Sequence record: ON287376.1
Reading direction: 5' to 3' (one strand)
DNA length: 64,000 nucleotides
In this document: piece after piece, positions 9,859 to 19,756 of the stretch
How the letters are laid out: the number at the start of each line of letters is the position of its first letter
Numbering within the stretch: position 1 is the first letter of the stretch
Notes under the pieces: generated by a model
Seen by the model: the letters and a program-made list of their open reading frames with translations, nothing else
Database searches by the model: none
What the model was told of the DNA's origin: nothing
Made by a program: the position numbers and the translations under genes

Positions 9859-11576
9859 CTGTCTTGAAAACGACTGGCGGTTTGCCTTACGTTACAGGAC
9901 TTACGGATACCACACCGGGCGATGTCCCGGTTTGGAACCCCAAGGCCCTGTGGCAGTATCGGCACATCAGTGAAATTTATAGGGGTCGTGAAAATATTGG
10001 CCAGGGTAATATCGGTCGTTATGTCCCTAATAAAGGCGATAAAGTATTTGACCCAGAAACGGGCGATTACCTGGTATCCGAAGTTGATCAATCAACTCTG
10101 CTCTCTACGTTGATCTCTTATACGCCGCCGACCACCGAAGGTTCCAATCTTCCTGATAAACTCCTCGGTGTTGGTCCGCGTTATCCGCAGGCCGGTTACT
10201 TTGTCTACGTTGACAGTACCGTTAACCCGCCACGGATGAGTTTCGACTCCATGCTTCACTACTACTCTAAGAGTGCGATTAAAGTTCGCGTCTATGCTGG
10301 AGAAGATATTACTTCTAACCCAGAGGTATTGTCTGCATGGTACGATCAGTCCGGTGTTTATCGTGGTGACACGATTGACCTGGTTAAGGTAAACGACATT
10401 GCCGGTAATGCCGACTACAAGGTTCCTCTGGAAGCCTGGTCTAAACGACCAATCAAACAGGGTGAATCCGTCATGGTTGTCTGCTACAGCGCGGAAGGTA
10501 TCCCTACTTCTAAAGTAGTGATGCGTGCCATCGACTCTGGTATCATCCGTCAGAACAACACTGCACAGCGCGAGATCCACTCTATTGAGTTGGTATCTAG
10601 TTACCTGTCACCTACCGATAAGACTCGTCTCCTGATTCCTTCTCAGGCTCTGATGGATTCTATCGACCTGGGTTGCCGGGTTACTTACAGCGACGGTACT
10701 GTATCTCCACTGAAACCGATCGATGACTCTAAGATTCGTCTATCTGGTTTCCGTGAGTACGTGTCTACTGAAGTTGGTCGTGAGAACCCGCTGACGCTGT
10801 TCTATCAACTGGATAGTACCGAGAGTTATTCCGGCACCAACACTTCGGCTAATGGCGTGGTTGCAGTTCGTTACACGATCGAAACAGTTGCTGTCCGTAA
10901 CGCATTTGCTGTTAAGCTGTTCATGTATCCTTACTGGGTAGATGATAACAACGGCTACCGTCTGCGCTTCTGGCTGCATTCCCTGGATCGTCTGTCGATG
11001 TACGACGTGACTAACTTGATCGAAATCTCTCCGAGCTCAGCTACCTGGGATCCGAAAGGTTACGGGATTAAACAACACATGCAGTTCGACTTGGACTTGT
11101 CTCGTGTTGATCCTAGCTATCAAGCGTATCGTCACACTCAACGTAACGACATCTCTCTGGTTCGTGACGGTGTTACCGATGACGGTACTGCTTGGTTCGT
11201 TAACTTCGAGAATGGTGACGAGGACTACGGCGGTGGTTTGGAATGTCGTCTGAAGTTCGTGAGTTCTCAGAACTGGAGCGTCGATATCGCTGCTCAGGCT
11301 AAAACCCTGGAAGAGTGGCTGGATCGCGTTTACTACCGTACTCACCCTCTGTACGATAGCAGCAACGAACTGGCACCTCCGGCTCCGACTCACTTCGTAC
11401 TGGTTGTTGACGGGATGCGTGTACGTCGTCCGATCTCTGATTGGAACCAACCGTTCACTGTTCCTACCGGTGGTAAAGTTGGTGATCTGGCAGCAGTTCA
11501 CTGGATCAAAGAAGTCGACGATGTCGATTTGCAGTTGGGTACTAGCGGCTTCATTATCCGCCAGAACATCCCATAA
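9855..11576 (+). CDS. virion structural protein (phiKZ gp26 position)
   Basis: 573 aa beta-rich protein immediately before the terminase; ATGA coupling. Confidence 0.6.
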   Translation: MTVLKTTGGLPYVTGLTDTTPGDVPVWNPKALWQYRHISEIYRGRENIGQGNIGRYVPNKGDKVFDPETGDYLVSEVDQSTLLSTLISYTPPTTEGSNLPDKLLGVGPRYPQAGYFVYVDSTVNPPRMSFDSMLHYYSKSAIKVRVYAGEDITSNPEVLSAWYDQSGVYRGDTIDLVKVNDIAGNADYKVPLEAWSKRPIKQGESVMVVCYSAEGIPTSKVVMRAIDSGIIRQNNTAQREIHSIELVSSYLSPTDKTRLLIPSQALMDSIDLGCRVTYSDGTVSPLKPIDDSKIRLSGFREYVSTEVGRENPLTLFYQLDSTESYSGTNTSANGVVAVRYTIETVAVRNAFAVKLFMYPYWVDDNNGYRLRFWLHSLDRLSMYDVTNLIEISPSSATWDPKGYGIKQHMQFDLDLSRVDPSYQAYRHTQRNDISLVRDGVTDDGTAWFVNFENGDEDYGGGLECRLKFVSSQNWSVDIAAQAKTLEEWLDRVYYRTHPLYDSSNELAPPAPTHFVLVVDGMRVRRPISDWNQPFTVPTGGKVGDLAAVHWIKEVDDVDLQLGTSGFIIRQNIP

Positions 11577-11589
11577 TCGATTATAGACC

Positions 11590-11624
11590 GAGAGGGGACC
11601 TTAGGGTTCCCTCTCTCTATTTTG
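11590..11624 (+). terminator. intrinsic terminator
   Basis: gagaggggacc-ttag-ggttccctctc followed by tctatttt. Confidence 0.7.
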
Positions 11625-11719
11625 TCTTATTGTGAGGCCCTATAGAGGCTACTAGCCTATTAACTGAGTCTTCTGGCTCGGTATTAACTATTAAAGCCAA
11701 CCGTTTATGGAGCAATAAG

Positions 11720-13834
11720 ATGATACTGCACAAAAAAGATTGGGATAAGTTCCCCAGCGCAATTCCGCATATTACGACAAAAAATAAATCGTTCAAACGA
11801 TTCGTCGGTGTGCTGCAGAAAATGGGGATCGAGAACTGTTGGTGGCCTTTGGCACTGCTCAACCCGGAGTTGGCTAATGTCGACCCATTCGACCCTAACC
11901 TGACTGACTCGCAGAAAGCAGCAGTCAAACTGGAAGCTGAATACAACATCTGGTATTACCTGAGGGAATGCGTTCTCGTACCTAACCCTGCAGGTGATGG
12001 TGGCGATATGTTCCGTGCTAACCGTGCGAACATGTCCTTGATCTGGTCTTACATGAATCACGTAGCATATCTTCTGATTCAGCCTCGTCAGACCGGTAAA
12101 TCAATTTCCTCTTACGTACTGTACAGCTGGTTACTTTACATCAAGTATCGTAAGACTCGTATCTCCCTGGTAACTAAGTCGGATGAACTTCGTGCTGAAA
12201 CCACAACTAAGGTTAGACAGATTCGCGAGCTTCTTCCTCCGTACATGACCATTACGGATAAGACCGATACCATCGCGGGTGACAAGGCTACTTACAACGT
12301 TCGTCAAAACTTACTGGCTGTTGCGGTATCGCGTTCTGACCCAGCGGGTGCTAACAAAGTTGGTCGTGGTAACACCTCCCCTACGGTAGGATGGGATGAG
12401 GCCCCCTTCATTACCCACATCAAGATTGCATACACCGCAGCAATGCCAGGTATGAACGCCGCGATCAAAGCAGCGCGTGACCGTGGTATGCCATACGGTA
12501 CCATCATGACAACTACTGCCGGTGAGCAAACAGACCGTGACGGTGAGTTCATCCACAAAATGTGGACTGAAGCAGCTCCATGGACTGAACACTTCCTGGA
12601 CGCAGGGGATCAGGATAAACTGGAAGGGATGGTTAAGTTATCCTGTAAAGGCCGTCAGGTTCTGATCAACGGTACGTGGTCACATACTCAGGTTGGTGTT
12701 AGTGACCGTGAGCACTACGATAACATGGCACGTGCGCAGGCTGATGGCCCAGAGGCAGACCGTGACTTCTTTAACATCTGGACTTCTGGCGGTGCTAATA
12801 ACCCATTGGATAAAAGTATTCTGGCTCAGATCGTTGCAAGTCAGCGTTACTCGGATTACTCTGAGGTATTCGCTGGCGGGTATGTTATCCACTGGTATTT
12901 GAGTAAAGAAGAGTTAGAGGAACGCAGACCTAACCTTCAGATGATTGTGGGTGCCGATACCTCCGAAGGTGGTGGTAACGATGCCTTGACGCTCATCTTC
13001 ACTGACCCGTATGATTTGTCGGTGCTAGGTACTTCGGTTATTAACGAGGCTCTTATTCCTAAGTACGCTGAGTTCCTCCATCAGATGTTAGTCCGTTATC
13101 CTAAGTCAGTCTTTATTCCTGAACGTAAATCAACCGGTCAAACCTTTATCGACTACTTGTGTATCATGCTGCACAAAGACGGCATCGATCCGTTCACTCG
13201 TATTTTCAACACCATCGTAGACGAGGCGGACAGTGACCGTGTTGCATTCCAGGAAATAAAAGGGTCGATGGATCATCGCGATGACTCGTTCTACATTCGT
13301 CGTAAAACAAAGTTTGGTTTCTGTACTGGTACCACAACTCGTCGTACTCTCTACAACGAAATTCTTCAGATTGCTGGTAAGAAAGGTGCGAGTCGTGTCC
13401 ATGATAAAGTACTGATCTCAGAACTGACTGGACTGGTGTCTAAGAATGGTCGTGTCGACCACGCTTCAGGCAAACACGATGATACCGTCATCGCATGGTT
13501 GCTGAGCGTTTGGCTGTGCGTATACGGTCGTAACCTCGATTACTACGGTATCGATGCACGTCGTGTAATGACACGTGCTCTGGAAAGCTCTGGGATGTCT
13601 AAGGAAGAAGAACAGCGTCACATGGACATCGAAGCGTTGCAACGTCAGATTGAAAGTACCCTTGAGCAACTCAAGAGTGCAGATAGTCCAGCGTTGGCTA
13701 TTCGCTACGAGAAACGAATCACTCACCTCAGCGAGATGTTAAGTGAGATGGGTATCGATTCTGTAAACATCTCAGGTAAGATCGAAGAGATCAATGACGA
13801 GCGGAGACGTAAGGTTTACAACAACTATTACTAA
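11720..13834 (+). CDS. terL: terminase large subunit
   Basis: Walker A PRQTGKS, Walker B VGWDE, coupling motif TTTAG, RNase H-like nuclease GADTSEG and HDD.VIAW. Confidence 0.93.
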   Translation: MILHKKDWDKFPSAIPHITTKNKSFKRFVGVLQKMGIENCWWPLALLNPELANVDPFDPNLTDSQKAAVKLEAEYNIWYYLRECVLVPNPAGDGGDMFRANRANMSLIWSYMNHVAYLLIQPRQTGKSISSYVLYSWLLYIKYRKTRISLVTKSDELRAETTTKVRQIRELLPPYMTITDKTDTIAGDKATYNVRQNLLAVAVSRSDPAGANKVGRGNTSPTVGWDEAPFITHIKIAYTAAMPGMNAAIKAARDRGMPYGTIMTTTAGEQTDRDGEFIHKMWTEAAPWTEHFLDAGDQDKLEGMVKLSCKGRQVLINGTWSHTQVGVSDREHYDNMARAQADGPEADRDFFNIWTSGGANNPLDKSILAQIVASQRYSDYSEVFAGGYVIHWYLSKEELEERRPNLQMIVGADTSEGGGNDALTLIFTDPYDLSVLGTSVINEALIPKYAEFLHQMLVRYPKSVFIPERKSTGQTFIDYLCIMLHKDGIDPFTRIFNTIVDEADSDRVAFQEIKGSMDHRDDSFYIRRKTKFGFCTGTTTRRTLYNEILQIAGKKGASRVHDKVLISELTGLVSKNGRVDHASGKHDDTVIAWLLSVWLCVYGRNLDYYGIDARRVMTRALESSGMSKEEEQRHMDIEALQRQIESTLEQLKSADSPALAIRYEKRITHLSEMLSEMGIDSVNISGKIEEINDERRRKVYNNYY

Positions 13835-13852
13835 TCCACTTAGATTGAGATC

Positions 13853-13870
13853 TATATTACTTTAATGATA
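13853..13870 (+). promoter_or_regulatory. early (virion RNAP-type) promoter, TATATTAC motif
   Basis: tatattac-ttta-atgata; same motif at 28406, 36453 (variant), 45151, 50338 and 60244; TATATTAC is the described phiKZ early promoter core. Confidence 0.7.
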
Positions 13871-13946
13871 GTTGAGTAGTGGCTTCGGTCACTACTCCTA
13901 TTTTACATCTATCCTGAAATAACTATGACCAACTGAGGAGAACATT

Positions 13947-14939
13947 ATGTCTGTTATGAACTTTGAGAAATTTGTTACCCGTGAAAAGAATCGTTATTCT
14001 GTTTACAAGCTTCATGAAATGTACATCATGAAAGATAACGATGAAATTATCTCGGTGCTACGTAAAGATCGCCCTCTGGATTCAGAAACAGAGATCGTCG
14101 TTATTACTGAGCGCGGTGAGTCGGGTATCTGGTATCTGGGCTTGCAGTCCGGCAACATGAATAACCGTAAGGAGATTAAACGTCTCCTGAAAAGAAATGC
14201 ACCTAAGGGCGTTAAGTTTGAGTTCTTCGAAAAGATCCGCTTCAAAATCGATGGCAATCAACGCTTCCTGACATCTGCGGGCAATCGTATCGCAGAAGGG
14301 GCAATGAACGAAGACTTCAACAACTGGCGTGGGCCATTCAGTGGCCGGCAGTGGAAAGAAGATCTGGGTGGTAAATTCAAAGACTACCTGAAAGAACAGT
14401 TCGACTTGCAATGGGCTCACAAAGCCATTTGTCAGCGTCGCGGTGAATATCAATATCTGCCCGATGTTGCGCTGTTCTTCGACACCACTAAAGATCTGGT
14501 ACTGAAGTTGATTAAGCGCCCCAATGACAAGGATAGCTGCGAAGGCTTCTACGTCGGTACGCTCTATGGTAAACCATTCGGTTACCACATAGACGGTAAT
14601 CAACCTAAGATCACTCAGATCGACGACTACGTCCGTCGGTCGGTTGCTGACATCACACAGACTCCAATCGAATCTGTCGAACTCGAAGGCGAACGCTTCG
14701 CTACGGATGTTAACTACGATCGCGTTGCTGACCGCTGGATTCTCAACTCTACGATCGGTGAGATTGGTCATTTGGTCAAGGGGGTTCGTCCTGATAACAC
14801 TTGTGATATTCGCAAGCACGTTAAATGGACATACCGCGTTAATGGATTTGCTCTCAACGAAATTCCATTGTTGGAACCGTTGTTGGTAGAAAGTTTCCTT
14901 CGTGGTTACCATCGTCTTATTCAGCACACCACCGTCTAA
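13947..14939 (+). CDS. hypothetical early protein (330 aa)
   Basis: SD gaggag; downstream of a TATATTAC promoter; followed by a terminator. Confidence 0.7.
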   Translation: MSVMNFEKFVTREKNRYSVYKLHEMYIMKDNDEIISVLRKDRPLDSETEIVVITERGESGIWYLGLQSGNMNNRKEIKRLLKRNAPKGVKFEFFEKIRFKIDGNQRFLTSAGNRIAEGAMNEDFNNWRGPFSGRQWKEDLGGKFKDYLKEQFDLQWAHKAICQRRGEYQYLPDVALFFDTTKDLVLKLIKRPNDKDSCEGFYVGTLYGKPFGYHIDGNQPKITQIDDYVRRSVADITQTPIESVELEGERFATDVNYDRVADRWILNSTIGEIGHLVKGVRPDNTCDIRKHVKWTYRVNGFALNEIPLLEPLLVESFLRGYHRLIQHTTV

Positions 14940-14946
14940 GTGGCAT

Positions 14947-14978
14947 AAAAGAAAGGGCATTGCGCCCTTTCTTTTTTT
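14947..14978. terminator. bidirectional terminator
   Basis: aaaagaaagggc-attgc-gccctttcttttttt between convergent genes. Confidence 0.85.
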
Positions 14979-14987
14979 GTGTTTTTT

Positions 14988-16241
14988 TTAAGCGGGACGA
15001 ACACCAGTACGAGAATGAGAACTGCCGCCAGCTTGATAATACTTCATCGTAACAGTACGCAGAACGATGTAGAGAATAACACCGGTACGTTCTGAACTTA
15101 CTGGGGTAGGCGGATTACGACCCGTGGCTTTACGAACGAGATCGTCGCCGTTGGTACGCAGGAACATGACATCCGGCTCTTTGTTACGCGAGGCGTTGAT
15201 AACACCTTTCAACCCAGAGATTAGCTCTGCCAGGTTTTGAGGGTTAATACCACGAGCATGGATAAAGTCGAAAGTATATTCCAACGTTCTCTCAACAAAA
15301 CTTTTCACCTTCTTGCCTTGTGGCTTAGAGTACATCGTAGAGATGAACGTAAGCGTCTCTGTTAAGAGTTTAGGCTGAAGGCTAGGGTTTGTCTTACTAA
15401 TCAGATCAACGAGCTCCGGTTTGACGAAGGAGCTTGTATCAGTGATAGTTTCGTTGAGGTAACGACGGTACATCGGGAACAGACGTTTAACGTCGCGTAC
15501 TTCTAACGAGCCATCTACTTCAACCATAGTCGATGTAGCAATTACACGGTCGCCTGCTTCTTTGACTTGATAGTACAGCGCAGTCAGCGTCTTGATCACT
15601 ACGCGGATACGGGTCTGTATATCTGACAGGATGTATTTCACATCGTCGTCGTCATTGAAACGAATAAAGGATTCGTAGTGAATCCCGTTAGTAGCGATGA
15701 TTGACTTGGCACGTTCCTCGATTAACTTAGCCCAGGTCTTGTATTGCTTAAGGTCGTACTTGTAGGACATTGCCTCGTAAGTACGCAGGGCGATCTGGGG
15801 ATCGGTACCGTACGGGAAGTACTGCGTTAAAATACCGCAGATGAACTTAAAGTGCAGGACACGAATAATGTCGATTGCGCAGTTCGTCTTTTGAGTCGGG
15901 TTCAACTTATCGCTAGTCAATACCCGGTGAACGAAGTAAATCGTTGTCAGGTTGAAAGCGTCAGTTGTAACGATGTGGTTAGGATCGATGTTGTCCAGGT
16001 TATCGATGTTGATCTTTAACGTGTCCATATCGGTCACTGCGATATTGTCGAACCATTCTTTCAGTTCGGTCATCGTCCAACGAACCTTGTGCGCTGCCAA
16101 TAGCCCTGAACCAAAGAAGGCTGAGTGCTCGCCTTTGTTCATGAATACACGGACAAAGGTATTTATTTTTTTGGCTAAGCTAGGGTCAAAGGAGATGTGC
16201 GAATAGGTGCTGTCGAAAAGCTGTTTGATTTCCACGGACAA
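14988..16241 (-). CDS. conserved phiKZ-like (probable virion) protein
   Basis: 417 aa helical ORF on the minus strand near the terminase; SD-like aagg; synteny. Confidence 0.55.
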   Translation of the reverse strand: MSVEIKQLFDSTYSHISFDPSLAKKINTFVRVFMNKGEHSAFFGSGLLAAHKVRWTMTELKEWFDNIAVTDMDTLKINIDNLDNIDPNHIVTTDAFNLTTIYFVHRVLTSDKLNPTQKTNCAIDIIRVLHFKFICGILTQYFPYGTDPQIALRTYEAMSYKYDLKQYKTWAKLIEERAKSIIATNGIHYESFIRFNDDDDVKYILSDIQTRIRVVIKTLTALYYQVKEAGDRVIATSTMVEVDGSLEVRDVKRLFPMYRRYLNETITDTSSFVKPELVDLISKTNPSLQPKLLTETLTFISTMYSKPQGKKVKSFVERTLEYTFDFIHARGINPQNLAELISGLKGVINASRNKEPDVMFLRTNGDDLVRKATGRNPPTPVSSERTGVILYIVLRTVTMKYYQAGGSSHSRTGVRPA

Positions 16242-16368
16242 GGTCCTTTGGTCAGTTATTCAAAAAGTTACATACCAACCGATTTCAAACAATTTTCAAG
16301 TCTATATAACCGTGGCGAATATCCAGAAGTAATGGGTAAAGTTTAATAATCGAATAGGGTAATTCTTA

Positions 16369-16701
16369 ATGGCTATCAATACTATCCTAGATGCAAAGGT
16401 TCGTCTCGAAGAACTTCGTAAAGTGGTAGGTTCCGTTTCTCTCAATAATGACGAATCGCGTAAGCACGCTTTTTTAACGGTGCGTACAATTACAGTAGGT
16501 ATTGCTGACGTCATCATGCATGACTTCGGTAACGATTACGCTCGGCTCTTACTCAGCGCCGATCATTATCAGCTTTATATCTGGGCAACCGCTACAGCGT
16601 TCTACTGCAGTAAGATGTTAACGGAAGATAACTCTTCTAAGTTAATTCGTGCAATCCATTTCCTCGACGATCAGATTGAAGATCAGCTCGAAAAACTGTA
16701 A
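16369..16701 (+). CDS. hypothetical protein
   Basis: ORF with plausible start context. Confidence 0.55.
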   Translation: MAINTILDAKVRLEELRKVVGSVSLNNDESRKHAFLTVRTITVGIADVIMHDFGNDYARLLLSADHYQLYIWATATAFYCSKMLTEDNSSKLIRAIHFLDDQIEDQLEKL

Positions 16702-16741
16702 TTCCATTTAATCCATTTTCACTAATAAAGAGGTATTTATC

Positions 16742-17176
16742 ATGGCTATCAACTTCACCGAAAAACAAACTCGTTCTATCACTGCTGCGCGTATCGCTGG
16801 TCTGGTTCAGGCATTGGCTCATGAAGTCGCAATGTTCGGCCGTGATCCACAAACTCTGCTGGAAACTGAATACCTGCCACTGTACTCTCAACTGCAGGAT
16901 CTGGGCTTCAATGCCAAAGGCGACATCAAATGGATGTTGCTGCAGGACCTGGAGCGCAACCACGGTATCGCGTTCCACAAAACCGATCTGGGTTTCGGCT
17001 TCCAGTTCAAAGGCCTGACTCTGGAAGTAGCTTCTAAAATCGAAGCGCAAAACTCAACTGGCGGTAAGGATTTTCCTTCCGTCATCCGTAACCGCGAAGC
17101 CAAATACAAAGGCTACGAAGTCGTTTACGCTGTTGCAACTAAAACCGGTAGCGACCACGCGATCGTACGCGCTTAA
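16742..17176 (+). CDS. hypothetical protein (strong codon bias, probably highly expressed)
   Basis: SD gaggt; C/T-ending codon bias. Confidence 0.7.
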   Translation: MAINFTEKQTRSITAARIAGLVQALAHEVAMFGRDPQTLLETEYLPLYSQLQDLGFNAKGDIKWMLLQDLERNHGIAFHKTDLGFGFQFKGLTLEVASKIEAQNSTGGKDFPSVIRNREAKYKGYEVVYAVATKTGSDHAIVRA

Positions 17177-17211
17177 AATCATCGCCGTTTTTCGATAAGT
17201 AAGGAAACAAA

Positions 17212-17976
17212 ATGACCATTAACAAATTCCCTCATGAAGTCTCTGAGAAATTGGGCTGGTACGTTTATACTCTCACTAATCCTCTGAATAATGACGAGGT
17301 GTTCTACGTTGGTAAGGGTTGTGGTAATCGCATCTTCGCTCATGTTAATGATCAACTCAAAGCCAAGGATGCGAGTAACCTTTCACTTAAACTGGGAACG
17401 ATTAAAGAGATTCATGAATCCGGTCTGGAAGTAGGTCACAACATCGTGGCCTACAACTTAAGGGATGAGGCGGAAGCCTTTGCTGTAGAATCTGCTTTGA
17501 TTAACGTCTACCCTAACTTGACAAATGAAGTCAAAGGACACGGTAATAAATTCGGCGTACTTACTGTCGAAGAAGCCATTGTCCAATACGGGGCTGAGGA
17601 AGCTGTTCTGGAAGATGACGTCTTGATCATTAAGATCAATGACAGTTACGATAAGATGAGTACTTACGACGCAGTACGTTTCTCCTGGCCAGTAGTCGTT
17701 AGTCGCGCTAGTAGAGCTAAAGCTGTGCTGGCTGTTGCTAACGGTATCGTACGCGGCGTTTTTGAAGTAGACAGTTGGAAACCTGCTACTCCAGAAAACT
17801 TCCCTGAGATGTATCGTTTAAGAACCATCGAAGATGTTGCTAAAGAAAGCAAAAGAAAAGCTTTCTCAGGAAGGGTGGCTTCAGAGCCACTCTATTCCCG
17901 TTACATTAACAAAAAGCTCCCTGCTGAATATTCCTTAAAAGGTTCTCAGCAATCAATCCGTTACAATTTCAAATAA
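17212..17976 (+). CDS. GIY-YIG nuclease-domain protein (LEM-3-like type)
   Basis: WYVYTL...VFYVGKG.GNR..AH, followed by A...ESALI; SD aagga. Confidence 0.8.
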   Translation: MTINKFPHEVSEKLGWYVYTLTNPLNNDEVFYVGKGCGNRIFAHVNDQLKAKDASNLSLKLGTIKEIHESGLEVGHNIVAYNLRDEAEAFAVESALINVYPNLTNEVKGHGNKFGVLTVEEAIVQYGAEEAVLEDDVLIIKINDSYDKMSTYDAVRFSWPVVVSRASRAKAVLAVANGIVRGVFEVDSWKPATPENFPEMYRLRTIEDVAKESKRKAFSGRVASEPLYSRYINKKLPAEYSLKGSQQSIRYNFK

Positions 17977-17986
17977 GGAAACCATC

Positions 17987-18337
17987 ATGCATAGCGTAAA
18001 CGCCATTATCCGTACTATCGAAACTAACCCAGAGTTTGACAAAATCGCTGCCCCGTTCAACCGTACCTTGGTTCTTACTCGTAAAGGTAAAGTCAAAAAG
18101 ATGATCAAAATGATCGAATCTTTGGCTAACGAGCCTACTGAACTGTACGTTATCAGAATCGAAACTGGCGATAGCTGGTTCAAAACTCCAGTCGGTGGTG
18201 ATCACTGGATCCTTAGCCGGACTGAAATCTCTCGTCTGCGTGCCGCACTTTATCGTGCGATCGAAAAGGACAGCTACCCTGTCAAGCTGAGCCGTACCAT
18301 CGTTCAGTATCAGCCGATCGTAAACTTCGTAAAATAA
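17987..18337 (+). CDS. hypothetical protein (paralog of 18359..18736)
   Basis: SD aagga; shares LSR....RL...L.R..E....PV with the next gene. Confidence 0.65.
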   Translation: MHSVNAIIRTIETNPEFDKIAAPFNRTLVLTRKGKVKKMIKMIESLANEPTELYVIRIETGDSWFKTPVGGDHWILSRTEISRLRAALYRAIEKDSYPVKLSRTIVQYQPIVNFVK

Positions 18338-18358
18338 TTAACTTCGAGGCCAGAACAA

Positions 18359-18736
18359 ATGAGCACCATGGAAATTCTGTTATCCCACGTCGAATCTAAA
18401 GTTTGGCACAAGACTATCGATATTAGCTATCGCGAAATGAAACGCGCTGTATCGGCTTTAGAAGAGTTGTTGGATGAACCTGTACAGTTTGTCAACTTTG
18501 AAGATGGCGCTATGCGTGATCGGATTAGCGACTCTGTGAATGAGGTTTTGGAGTTGTCCACCGCTAAGTTCTGGCCTGGTTGGAAATTCATCTACAAAAC
18601 CGAAATCGTTTATACTCTCAGTCGACTGGATGCAATCCGTTTAGTCGGTGAGCTGAAACGTCGTCTGGAAACCGGTAATACTGCGCCTGTAAGCTTCACT
18701 ATCGAACGCATTCGCAGACTGCCTATCATTCGTTAA
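18359..18736 (+). CDS. hypothetical protein (paralog of 17987..18337)
   Basis: SD gagg; motif shared with the preceding gene. Confidence 0.65.
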   Translation: MSTMEILLSHVESKVWHKTIDISYREMKRAVSALEELLDEPVQFVNFEDGAMRDRISDSVNEVLELSTAKFWPGWKFIYKTEIVYTLSRLDAIRLVGELKRRLETGNTAPVSFTIERIRRLPIIR

Positions 18737-18801
18737 TAAAACTATAGGAGAGGGCTACGGCTCTCTCCGTTTATTTTCTCTATTTTAAAAAGGATACTAT
18801 C

Positions 18802-19122
18802 ATGGAACAGCGCATCTTCGATTCAGTTTTGGTTGCAGACTACAAAAAGACTATCATCCGTACTTTAGATCGTAAAACTGTAGTTATTCCACTTGACCAA
18901 ATTCAAAAGGTCGCCTCTTTCGTTTCGATCACTAAAGATGAAGCTACCGGCTTTGTTCGTTTCTCTTTCTTTGGTGAGCGTAAAGATCTTTTTGTTCAAG
19001 TGGACTTCGGTAAGATGGACGAAGACACTCTGCAATACCCTGGACTGATCCGTGAAGGTATCCAAACTGTTCTGGATCGTATCATCGGCTGCTACAACGT
19101 CGACGCTATTGTTAATAAGTAA
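18802..19122 (+). CDS. hypothetical protein (possible PH-like fold)
   Basis: SD aagga; IPLDQIQKV segment, beta strands and a terminal helix. Confidence 0.55.
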   Translation: MEQRIFDSVLVADYKKTIIRTLDRKTVVIPLDQIQKVASFVSITKDEATGFVRFSFFGERKDLFVQVDFGKMDEDTLQYPGLIREGIQTVLDRIIGCYNVDAIVNK

Positions 19123-19132
19123 GGAGTCAGTA

Positions 19133-19543
19133 ATGAGTAAGAACGAAGAACATCACAATGCGGAAGCGCGCTTAACTGTACAATCTTTCTTCGAGGCCTT
19201 GGGTCTGCGTACTCAACCTAAGTTGCCGGAAGGGATTATTGGTTACAACGGCCAAGTAAACATTTCGTTGCTCCGTGGGATTATTAACGCGCATCCTCTG
19301 CGTCAGTTGATCCAGGTTTCTAAAGCCAAGTCTGACTTCACTAGTTTGCCTATGGCCGTGCAGGATATCGTCAAGGCACTGTCTCGTTATGAAGATAGCG
19401 AGTGGGTACTCACTAAGTTTGGGGTATTCAAGTTTAAGGTGAAGAAGCCGCAGGAAGAGATTCAAACCGTGATTGAAAAATACCGGAACGAGATTCCTAA
19501 CCACGTTTACGACAAACTGAAAAACGCATTGAAGTCGTGGTAA
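19133..19543 (+). CDS. hypothetical protein
   Basis: SD aaggag before ATG 19133 (MSKNEEHH...). Confidence 0.65.
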   Translation: MSKNEEHHNAEARLTVQSFFEALGLRTQPKLPEGIIGYNGQVNISLLRGIINAHPLRQLIQVSKAKSDFTSLPMAVQDIVKALSRYEDSEWVLTKFGVFKFKVKKPQEEIQTVIEKYRNEIPNHVYDKLKNALKSW

Positions 19544-19617
19544 ACCACTCCCTTTAATTCATTTTTTACGTCGTGTCTTATAGTGTGCTAAAAGCACACA
19601 AGACATCTCGCAAGAGG

Positions 19618-19690
19618 GGTCACGGCGGAGCCTGTGACTATTAGGGGTTAGAATGACTGAGGAATGTAATGACGAAAGGAATTCCCTAAG
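19618..19690 (+). ncRNA. repeated structured non-coding element, copy 1 of 3
   Basis: GGTCACGG-loop-CTGTGACT hairpin plus a TTAGGG...CCCTAA stem enclosing a purine-rich core; homologous to 60041 and 63857; behind a TTTTTTACG motif. Confidence 0.6.
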
Positions 19691-19756
19691 AGTACGGCTA
19701 GCTAAATACCCTAGATGAATTAGTGTGATTATAACTCAATAATCCACGTCTAAGAG

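Noticed and set aside
19653-19690. Hammerhead-like core CUGANGA-N10-GAAA in copies 1 and 3 of the repeated element
   Set aside because: The 10 nt between CUGANGA and GAAA cannot form stem II, there is no consistent stem I or NUH site, and copy 2 lacks the core.
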